Assembly (NCBI GenBank): GCA_023398375.1
Contig: JAEWSH010000133.1
Location: 244,260-308,259 of the forward strand
DNA length: 64,000 bases
Direction of reading: 5' to 3'
Source of the DNA: Bacillota bacterium
GTDB taxonomy: Bacteria; Bacillota; Clostridia; Lachnospirales; Lachnospiraceae
In this document: piece by piece, positions 44,929 to 52,613 of the stretch
How the letters are laid out: every line of letters starts with the position of its first letter
Numbering within the stretch: the first letter of the stretch is position 1
Notes under the pieces: generated by a model
What the model was told of the DNA's origin: nothing
Databases searched by the model: none
What the model saw: the letters and a program-made list of their open reading frames with translations, nothing else
Program-made: the position numbers and the translations under genes

Positions 44929-46806
44929 ATGTGTGGAATAGCAGGATTTTGTAACTTAAAAAGACATTGGAAAGAAAATATCGACAATATGAATCAGCGT
45001 ATGTTCCACAGAGGACCGGATGCGGTAGGTGTATGGAGCAGGGAAGACCATGGGGTAGTCTTGGGACATCGCCGGTTATCAATTGTGGATCTGACACCAA
45101 GCGGTGCACAGCCTATGGAGTCCCATAGCGGAAGATTTATCATGGTGTATAACGGAGAGATCTATAATTATAAAGAAATAGCGGAAAAACTGATAGAAGA
45201 GCGCCGCGTACAGGCATTCCGAGGAACCTCTGATACGGAAGTCCTGCTGGAAGCCATGGAAGCATATGGCATACAGGAAGCCATCTCTATGTGCAAAGGT
45301 ATGTTTGCGATTGCGCTTTATGATAGAGAAAAAAGTAAATTATATTTATTAAGAGATAGAGTGGGAGAAAAACCACTCTATTATGGATTTGTACAGGAAG
45401 GGTTTGTATTTGGTTCTGACCTTGGTTCTATATCTGCCTTGAAAGAATTCCGTAATGAGATAAACACAGAGATCCTGGATGTATACTTTGTACATGGCTA
45501 TATACCGGCACCCTATTCTATTTATAAAGACATCTATAAATTAGAACCGGGTACGATATTGACGATTGATGAGCCATTCCAAAAACCTTTGCTGGCTCCT
45601 TTCTGGTCTATGAAGGAAGCTGCCAGAAAAGGACAGAAAAATCTGTTCAAAGGAAGCAGAACAGAGGCATCAGAAGAATTAGAGCGTCTTCTGAAACAAT
45701 CCATTGCAGGGCAGATGGAGGCAGATGTTCCAGTAGGGGCATTCCTGTCTGCGGGGATTGACAGCAGTACCATTGTTGCCCTGATGCAGTCATTAAGTAC
45801 GAATAAAGTAAAAAGCTTTACCATTGGTATGGAGGAGGCAGCCTATAACGAGGCGACGATAGCAAAAGAGATAGCAAGACATCTTGGGACAGAGCATACC
45901 GAGATGTATATCACGGAGAATGATGCAAAAGAAGTGATTCCGAAGCTTTCCCATATGTTCAGTGAACCCTTTGCGGATTCCTCACAGATACCGACCTACC
46001 TGGTCAGTAAGATGACAAGAGAACATGTAACAGTATCCCTGAGCGGTGACGGCGGAGATGAATTATTCTGTGGTTATAATTCATATGAATCCATTATTGG
46101 TCTCTGGAATCGTATGAGTAAAGTGCCATATCCAATCCGAAAGATATGCAGCGACTTGGTATTACATACACCAATGCGCAAAAATAAAGATTTCTGTGTA
46201 AGAGGCAGATTACTTGCAGCAAGGGGACCGGAAAAGTTATATGAAATATCGAATCAGGAAGAGAATATTGCCAATGCAATCGCAAAGACGCATACAGACC
46301 CACCCTATAAATACAGCGAATACCAGACAGGATTCTTAACAGAAACCCATCATAATATTATGTTGATGGATATGCTGATGTATCATCCGGATGATATCCT
46401 GGTAAAGGTAGACAGATGTGGTATGGCAGTGTCTTTAGAATCCAGAATACCGATGTTAGATAAGGACGTGGTCGAGTTCGCATGGTCGCTGCCGATTGAC
46501 TATCTGAGAAAAGATGGAATCGGAAAACTGGTCTTACGCGATGTACTATACCGTTATGTGCCAAAAGAAATGATGGAACGTCCAAAGACAGGATTTGCGA
46601 TTCCGATCGATAAGTGGCTGCGCCAGCCAAAGCTCCGTGCGTGGGCAGAAGCACTGCTTGATAAGAAAACAATAGAGCAGCAGGGAGTACTGGATGCAGA
46701 TGTGGTATCCCGCATCTGGAAGGACTATATCGAAAAAGGTGTATGGAGAGTTCAGATCTGGTATCTGCTCATGTTCCAGGAGTGGATGGTGAGTGAAAGG
46801 AAGTAA
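44929..46806 (+). CDS. asnB: Asparagine synthase (glutamine-hydrolysing) family amidotransferase, copy 2
   Basis: MCGIAGF, YNGEIYNY, FLSAGIDSS, SGDGGDELFCGY. It is colinear with copy 1 but clearly diverged. Confidence 0.9.
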   Translation: MCGIAGFCNLKRHWKENIDNMNQRMFHRGPDAVGVWSREDHGVVLGHRRLSIVDLTPSGAQPMESHSGRFIMVYNGEIYNYKEIAEKLIEERRVQAFRGTSDTEVLLEAMEAYGIQEAISMCKGMFAIALYDREKSKLYLLRDRVGEKPLYYGFVQEGFVFGSDLGSISALKEFRNEINTEILDVYFVHGYIPAPYSIYKDIYKLEPGTILTIDEPFQKPLLAPFWSMKEAARKGQKNLFKGSRTEASEELERLLKQSIAGQMEADVPVGAFLSAGIDSSTIVALMQSLSTNKVKSFTIGMEEAAYNEATIAKEIARHLGTEHTEMYITENDAKEVIPKLSHMFSEPFADSSQIPTYLVSKMTREHVTVSLSGDGGDELFCGYNSYESIIGLWNRMSKVPYPIRKICSDLVLHTPMRKNKDFCVRGRLLAARGPEKLYEISNQEENIANAIAKTHTDPPYKYSEYQTGFLTETHHNIMLMDMLMYHPDDILVKVDRCGMAVSLESRIPMLDKDVVEFAWSLPIDYLRKDGIGKLVLRDVLYRYVPKEMMERPKTGFAIPIDKWLRQPKLRAWAEALLDKKTIEQQGVLDADVVSRIWKDYIEKGVWRVQIWYLLMFQEWMVSERK

Positions 46807-46834
46807 GTGAATTTGGTGATCGGGAGGCTGTGAG

Positions 46835-46995
46835 GTGCCGCCGGCTTATGAATTCCGGTGTACTTCCGTAATCTCTACAGTCATACGAAATGTGCGCCTG
46901 GCCCAGACACGAAGGTGTCTGTTCCATTCGTACATTTTGTGCATGACAGTAACGATTCAGGAAGTACACGCTGGAAGTTCATAAGCCGGCGGCAC
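46835..46995. repeat. Element D: 33/36-nt inverted repeats flanking a ~90-nt core
   Basis: GTGCCGCCGGCTTATGAATTCCGGTGTACTTCC (46835-46867) pairs with GGAAGTACACGCTGGAAGTTCATAAGCCGGCGGCAC (46960-46995). Inner hairpin is CAGACAC-gaag-GTGTCTG. A further outer pairing reaches ~46790/47035. Confidence 0.75.
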
Positions 46996-47041
46996 GGCAA
47001 GGTTTCTGAAATCAAATCACTCACTTTTCTTGTTGGATCCA

Positions 47042-47175
47042 GTGTTAGAAGAAATTCTAAGCAGCAAAAATACTGTTTAGAATTTCTAAATCTCACACAG
47101 GAAGATGCCTCTTACGAGTCTTCTTCTCACTGATTATTTGTGCCGCTTGTAGCGGCATGTCGGGATGTGTGAAAA
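47042..47175 (+). repeat. Family-A repeat, copy 4 (three stem-loops)
   Basis: GTTAGAAGAAATTCTAAGCAG..CTGTTTAGAATTTCTAAATCTCAC, then GGAAGATG..CTTCTTC, then TGCCGC-ttgta-GCGGCA. Confidence 0.8.
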
Positions 47176-47405
47176 AATTATAGTAGAACTTGGCTTCGTC
47201 AATTTGCACATATACTTACCAAACAAAAATTGATGCACAACATAGTTTGGTGAGCAACTGTATGAAGCGCTGGTACTTAGAACATGTATTTTATGTTCTT
47301 ATGTACCACTGCGTGCTGAATCCAAGCGGGAGCGCGTTGCGAATGAACTATGTTGTGTATCAATATTGTGTAAACGTAAATGTGCAAATTGACGAATTCA
47401 ATATG
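47176..47405 (+). repeat. Family-B nested-palindrome element, copy 2 (full length)
   Basis: Paired arms are GTCAATTTGCACAT/ATGTGCAAATTGAC and TGCACAACATAGTT/AACTATGTTGTGTA. The core hairpin is GGTACTTAGAACAT-gtatttt-ATGTTCTTATGTACC. Confidence 0.8.
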
Positions 47406-47429
47406 TAAAAAGAAAGTCAGGAAGCGGAT

Positions 47430-48494
47430 ATGAAAATAATAGAGAATTACGAGCCGCCGGCGGTTCCGGGGGAGTGTGCGGAGTTGATCACGGTGATTGT
47501 GGCTGTTTATAATATTGAGGCTTATCTGGACAGGTGTGTACGTTCGATCATGAGGCAGACATATCGGAATCTGCAGATTATTTTAGTAGATGACGGGGCA
47601 ACGGATGAGAGCGGTAAGATGTGTGACGCATATGCCTCTGAGGATGAACGTATTGAGGTGGTGCATAAAAAGAACGGTGGACTGTCAGATGCGCGTAATG
47701 CAGGGATGAAGATTGCTAAGGGCACATATATTGCTTTTGTAGATGGGGATGACTGGATCGACGAGCAGATGTATGAATCCATGCTCGGGGCTATGGTTGA
47801 GCAGACAGCAGACATATCGATCTGCAGATATCGTCAGGTATATCCGGAGGAGACCATAGACGAGTCTACAAAGAAGGCAGTTATTTTTCAAGACAGACAG
47901 GCACTGGCATGTCTCATTGAAGAACAGGATGAATATCAGCTGCAGAATGCAGCATGGAATAAGTTATACCGGAGAGATTTGTTACAGGGACAGGAATTTC
48001 CGGTTGGCAGATGGTATGAAGATATTGTATACACGGCTATACTGCTAAGTAAGGTGAAGCGTTGCGTGTATTTAGACAGAGCATTTTATAATTATGTATT
48101 GGACCGAAAAGGCAGTATCATGTCGCATGGATTAAATGTGCGTATTCTGACAGATCAGATACCGGCTTATATGGAAAAAACAGAATTCTTACGGAGTATA
48201 GGGGAAGATACTCTGGCTGATATTCATAATTATTTCACGTATAAGAGGCTTTTACTATTATTTACCCAATTCAGAAGAAGTAAGGACAAGAACCGAAAGA
48301 AATTCTGTGTGGAACTAAGAAATATGATTCTTTCAGAGCAGGGACAGTTTGATGCCGCATTTACCTGTGAAGCGGCGAACCCGAATGAGTATATAAAGAT
48401 GAAAATTTTTATGAAATCAACGATACTTTATAATGTTGTGATGGATATCAATGATGCTTTTATCATTCCTTACAAACAATGGAAGCTTAAATAA
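47430..48494 (+). CDS. GT2 glycosyltransferase
   Basis: ITVIVAVYNIEAYLDRCVRSI, ILVDDGATDES, FVDGDDW (DxD). Confidence 0.85.
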   Translation: MKIIENYEPPAVPGECAELITVIVAVYNIEAYLDRCVRSIMRQTYRNLQIILVDDGATDESGKMCDAYASEDERIEVVHKKNGGLSDARNAGMKIAKGTYIAFVDGDDWIDEQMYESMLGAMVEQTADISICRYRQVYPEETIDESTKKAVIFQDRQALACLIEEQDEYQLQNAAWNKLYRRDLLQGQEFPVGRWYEDIVYTAILLSKVKRCVYLDRAFYNYVLDRKGSIMSHGLNVRILTDQIPAYMEKTEFLRSIGEDTLADIHNYFTYKRLLLLFTQFRRSKDKNRKKFCVELRNMILSEQGQFDAAFTCEAANPNEYIKMKIFMKSTILYNVVMDINDAFIIPYKQWKLK

Positions 48495-48517
48495 AGAAAA
48501 TATGAGGTCGTGTTACT

Positions 48518-49369
48518 ATGATAATTGTGCAGATGTCTGGGGGACTGGGAAATCAGATGTTCCAGTATGCCCTGTATAGACAGCTTCTTGCAATGGGCAG
48601 GGAGGTAAAAATAGATGATGAAACCTGTTATGTGGAAGATGGGACGAGGGCAAGGCAATTGTCTGTTTTTGGGATTACGTATGACAAGGCAGCACGGGAG
48701 GAATTGATCGCATTGACGGACGCCAGGATGGATATTGTGAGCCGTATCCGCCGTAAGATATGCGGCCGCAGGACAAAATCCTATATGGAACGGCAGTTCA
48801 ATTTTGATGATAAGGTCTTCCAGCTGGAAGAAGCTTATTTGGAAGGCTGTTGGCAGAGTGAGAAGTATTTTCCGATGGTAAAAGAAGAATTAAGGCAGGC
48901 ATTTATAATACAGATGTCAATGAATGAGGAGACCCGGAACTACCTGGATCAGATAGAACAGACAGAAGCAATCAGTGTGCACATCCGCAGAGGAGACTAT
49001 CTGCAAGATGCTCAGCAGGTTACGTATGGCGGAATCTGTACGGACAACTACTATGAACGTGCCATAGATCTAATGCAGGAAAGACATCCGCAGGCGACAT
49101 TCTATCTGTTTTCCAATGATGCTGCGTGGGTGAGAGAACATATGTCAGGCGGCCAATTTATCGTAGTAGATTGTAATGATGAATCGACAGGATACCTGGA
49201 TATGCTTCTGATGAGCAGATGCCGGCACCATATCATAGCGAACAGTAGCTTCAGCTGGTGGGGCGCATGGCTGAACCGGAATCCGGCTAAGGAAATCATC
49301 GCACCGAAAAAATGGCTGAATGGAAGAGATTGCAGCGATATCTACACAGATTGCATGCTTGCTATTTGA
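48518..49369 (+). CDS. GT11 alpha-1,2-fucosyltransferase family
   Basis: MIIVQMSGGLGNQMFQYA, SVHIRRGDY, IIANSSFSWWGAWL. These are the three canonical GT11 motifs. Confidence 0.85.
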   Translation: MIIVQMSGGLGNQMFQYALYRQLLAMGREVKIDDETCYVEDGTRARQLSVFGITYDKAAREELIALTDARMDIVSRIRRKICGRRTKSYMERQFNFDDKVFQLEEAYLEGCWQSEKYFPMVKEELRQAFIIQMSMNEETRNYLDQIEQTEAISVHIRRGDYLQDAQQVTYGGICTDNYYERAIDLMQERHPQATFYLFSNDAAWVREHMSGGQFIVVDCNDESTGYLDMLLMSRCRHHIIANSSFSWWGAWLNRNPAKEIIAPKKWLNGRDCSDIYTDCMLAI

Positions 49370-49379
49370 GGTGATAACT

Positions 49380-49563
49380 CAAGTGTCAAAAGCCTACCGC
49401 CGGTATGTACCACTGCGGCTAAGTCCAAGAGGGAGCGTGTTGCGAATGAACTATGTTGTGCATCAATATAATTCATGACAAGTGAAGCGGCTTGCCGGTA
49501 CATCTTGTTGCATAGTGGGTGCAAATTGACGAACTCGAATATAAACATGCTTTTGACACTTCA
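49380..49563 (+). repeat. Family-B element, copy 3, with clear terminal inverted repeats and an embedded element-E copy (49472-49508)
   Basis: TIRs are CAAGTGTCAAAAGC (49380-) and GCTTTTGACACTTC (-49562). The interior matches the right half of copy 2 (GTACCACTGCG...GCGAATGAACTATGTTGTG). The E hairpin replaces part of the element. Confidence 0.75.
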
Positions 49564-49642
49564 ACCAATATTTAGTAAAATATAATGTACTGCAATGAAA
49601 GCGTATCAGTATATAAGAAATTGAGATACAAGGAGATATACC

Positions 49643-51385
49643 GTGAGTATTACGATATTAAAGAAACTGACATGTATTTTGAATAAAAAACAGCAGACCA
49701 AGATTGCCGGTCTGGGAGTATTGATCTTGATCGGAGGTTTATTGGAGACACTGGGAGTTTCCATGATTCTGCCGCTGGTTACGGCAATATTGGATGTAGA
49801 CAGGATGAGTAAGAACAGATATGTACAAATGATATGCGATAGCATGCATATTGACAATATGAATGATTTCATTATCCTGTTGCTGGTTACTGTGATTCTG
49901 ATCTTTGTGATAAAAAATGCATACTTGCTATTTCTCGCGTATGTTCAGGCAAGATTTGTAAATGGCAATCAGCACCGTGCAGGCAGTTATATGCTGGAAG
50001 AATATCTGAACCGTTCTTACGAGTTCTATCTGAATGCAGATATTCCGACTATTTTCCGTATTCTGGATGGGGATATCCCGAAAGTATTCCAATTGCTGAT
50101 GTCATTCATAAAGCTGGTAACAGAAGTAGTGGTAGCATTATGTCTCTTCATTCTGCTGCTCGTCATCGATTTCCGCATGACACTGATGATGATGGCCATG
50201 TTATTGCTCATGACATTGATCATCGTAAAAATATTGAAACCGATCCTGAATAAGATAGGAAAAGAGAATCAGGATGTGCAGAGTATTGCCGGACGCTGGA
50301 GAACGAAGTCTGTATACGGAATAAAAGATGTTAAGGTATTGAATAGAGAACATTTTTTTGCCTCATTCTATGAAAAGCATACCAAATACGGAACCGAGCT
50401 TACCATTAAATATTCCGTACTGAACAGCGTGCCAAGAACAATCATAGAGACTGCCTGCATAGCGGGCGTTTTGGCATATATTGCGATCTGTATCGCAACA
50501 GGTACGAATGTGACATCACTATTATCACAGATTACTGCATTTGGTATCGCGGCGATCCGCCTGATGCCGAGTATGAACCGAATCAACACATATCTGACAG
50601 ACATTGCATTTTTTGAGCCTTCTTTGGATTATGTATATGACCATGTAGATTTTACAAAATTCAAGAAAGAAGGACACTATGTAGCAGATAAGCCGAAAAA
50701 TTCGGAACCTGTCGTAATTGATGATGATATACGATTAGAACATATCACGTATCGATATCCGAATACAGATAAGAAGATTCTGGACGACGCCGGAATGGTG
50801 ATTCCATTTGGAAGATCTGTTGGAGTCGTAGGACCATCCGGAGCAGGCAAGTCGACTGTCATAGACATTATCCTGGGTCTGTTACGTCCTGAATCCGGGC
50901 AGATCATGTGTAAGAACAGAGATGTATTTGATAACTACCCATCCTGGTTGAGCAATATAGGATATATACCGCAGACGATCTATCTGTCGGATGATTCCAT
51001 ACGTGATAATATTGCATTTGGAGTTCCCAAAGACGAGATAGATGATGCCAGAATATGGAAAGTTCTGGAAGAAGCGCAGATGAAGAACTTTGTAGAGCAG
51101 CTTCCGGAGGGATTGGATACCTCAACAGGTGACAGAGGTGTCAGAATATCAGGCGGCGAGAGACAAAGACTTGGTATCGCAAGAGCACTATATCATAATC
51201 CGGATATTCTGGTATTCGATGAAGCAACATCCGCACTTGACAATGCGACAGAGAAGGCAGTCATGGAAGCGATCGAAAGTTTTCACGGCAAGAAGACATT
51301 GGTCATCATAGCACACAGACTGAATACATTAGAACAATGCGATATCCTCTACCGTGTGCAAAACGGAAAGATCGTGGCAGAATAG
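49643..51385 (+). CDS. ABC exporter, fused permease + ATPase (MsbA/PglK-type)
   Basis: GTG start with an AAGGAG SD. Six N-terminal TM segments. Walker A GPSGAGKST, signature ISGGERQR, Walker B ILVFDEATSALD. Confidence 0.9.
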   Translation: MSITILKKLTCILNKKQQTKIAGLGVLILIGGLLETLGVSMILPLVTAILDVDRMSKNRYVQMICDSMHIDNMNDFIILLLVTVILIFVIKNAYLLFLAYVQARFVNGNQHRAGSYMLEEYLNRSYEFYLNADIPTIFRILDGDIPKVFQLLMSFIKLVTEVVVALCLFILLLVIDFRMTLMMMAMLLLMTLIIVKILKPILNKIGKENQDVQSIAGRWRTKSVYGIKDVKVLNREHFFASFYEKHTKYGTELTIKYSVLNSVPRTIIETACIAGVLAYIAICIATGTNVTSLLSQITAFGIAAIRLMPSMNRINTYLTDIAFFEPSLDYVYDHVDFTKFKKEGHYVADKPKNSEPVVIDDDIRLEHITYRYPNTDKKILDDAGMVIPFGRSVGVVGPSGAGKSTVIDIILGLLRPESGQIMCKNRDVFDNYPSWLSNIGYIPQTIYLSDDSIRDNIAFGVPKDEIDDARIWKVLEEAQMKNFVEQLPEGLDTSTGDRGVRISGGERQRLGIARALYHNPDILVFDEATSALDNATEKAVMEAIESFHGKKTLVIIAHRLNTLEQCDILYRVQNGKIVAE

Positions 51386-51447
51386 TAACAAGTTTGCTTT
51401 GGAAGAACGCTAAACCGTTCTTCTATTGTGAGAAGCCTCCTATAAAG

Positions 51448-51503
51448 ATTCAAGTGTCAAAAGCTTATCATAGAACTTGGCTTTGTCAATTGACGAATTC
51501 AAA
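51448..51503 (+). repeat. Family-B element, copy 4 (minimal remnant)
   Basis: TTCAAGTGTCAAAAGCTTATCATAGAACTTGGCTTTGTCAATTGACGAATTCAAA. The left TIR and outer arms remain; the whole interior is deleted. Confidence 0.7.
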
Positions 51504-51519
51504 AAAAGAAAGGGCGCAT

Positions 51520-52551
51520 ATGTTAGGAACAGAACTTTTAAAGGGACAAGGATTAGGCAACCAATTATTTTGTTATGTAACGACCAGATGTATCGCGATG
51601 GAGAAAGGATATGATTACAGTATTCTTGGCAGTGAGACACTGGCGAATAATATTCACAGTAATTGCGGACTGTACTTTATGGATCTGGAATTCGGTGCGC
51701 CTTCTAAGAGAGAAGATTATACAAGAGAATATTGGGAAAAAGAGGACAGATTATTTTTACCGAATTCACGTCATGATCTGGAACACGGTGCGTATGTGAC
51801 AGGAACAGACCAGACGCTGTTAGATATTGAAGATCATGTACTGATAGCCGGAAATATGCAGGCGGAAGATTATTATAGTAAATATAAAGAAGATATTAAG
51901 CGGTGGCTCAAGGTAAAGGCGGAGTATGACTGCTATGAATACAGCAGGGACAACCTTTGCATCTTACACCTTCGCTGCACAGATTATATGGATTCACCGG
52001 AATTATTCTTAAGGCGTAAATATTGGCTGGACGGCATGACAAATATGCGGAAGATCAGACCGGATATGGAATTCATGATCATTACGAATGATACCAAAGA
52101 AGCAGAGAAGCTGATACCGGGTGTCAAAGCATATAATTTTAATCTTGCAAAGGATTATGCAATTATTAAAAATGCAAAGTATCTGCTGCTGGCAAATTCG
52201 TCTTTTACATACTTTCCTGCATTTACAAGTGATGTGGAGCAATATGTAATAGCACCGAAGTACTGGGCGCGCCATAACGTATCAGATGGCTATTGGGCAT
52301 CGGAACAGAATATCTATGAGGGATTCCATTACATGGATAGGGATGGTAAGATATTTACAGCAGAAGAATGCAGGCAGGAACTTCAAATATATAAAAAGAA
52401 CTCAAACAAATACCGGAGGCTGAATGTGAAGCCGGAAGGAATTTTATTACAATTATATAAGATAAAGAGTAAGTACATCTATGAAAAGTATCATATGCTT
52501 AAAATTTACCGAGGCATCAAGAGAAGAATCAGAAAACTGATGAACCAGTAA
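51520..52551 (+). CDS. GT11-like protein (distant fucosyltransferase-superfamily member)
   Basis: KGQGLGNQLFCYV, ILHLRCTDY and LLANSSFTYF parallel the three GT11 motifs. Start set at ATG 51520 because the track's 51337 extension reads through repeat B4. Confidence 0.45.
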   Translation: MLGTELLKGQGLGNQLFCYVTTRCIAMEKGYDYSILGSETLANNIHSNCGLYFMDLEFGAPSKREDYTREYWEKEDRLFLPNSRHDLEHGAYVTGTDQTLLDIEDHVLIAGNMQAEDYYSKYKEDIKRWLKVKAEYDCYEYSRDNLCILHLRCTDYMDSPELFLRRKYWLDGMTNMRKIRPDMEFMIITNDTKEAEKLIPGVKAYNFNLAKDYAIIKNAKYLLLANSSFTYFPAFTSDVEQYVIAPKYWARHNVSDGYWASEQNIYEGFHYMDRDGKIFTAEECRQELQIYKKNSNKYRRLNVKPEGILLQLYKIKSKYIYEKYHMLKIYRGIKRRIRKLMNQ

Positions 52552-52613
52552 ATCAAAATAGAAAATAAGCGGGCGAATGGGACATAGCTGTGCCCTGCTG
52601 GGAGAGATAGAAT

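Noticed and set aside
46858-47133. ORFs 46858..47133 (+) and 46881..47096 (-) in the large intergenic gap
   Set aside because: They are mirror-image ORFs generated by palindrome D. They have no SD and no motifs.
47390-47418. TTGACG near the right end of B copies as an outward-facing promoter for the downstream genes
   Set aside because: No acceptable -10 hexamer lies at 16-18 nt spacing in any copy: AAAGTC in B2, and nothing better in B4 or B5.
51337-51519. N-terminal extensions offered by the ORF track: 51337 for the GT11-like gene, and likewise 5401, 21725, 31739, 38882 and 58286
   Set aside because: The extensions either read through identified repeats or overlap the preceding CDS. In each case an internal ATG/GTG with a proper SD lies at the point where family homology begins.
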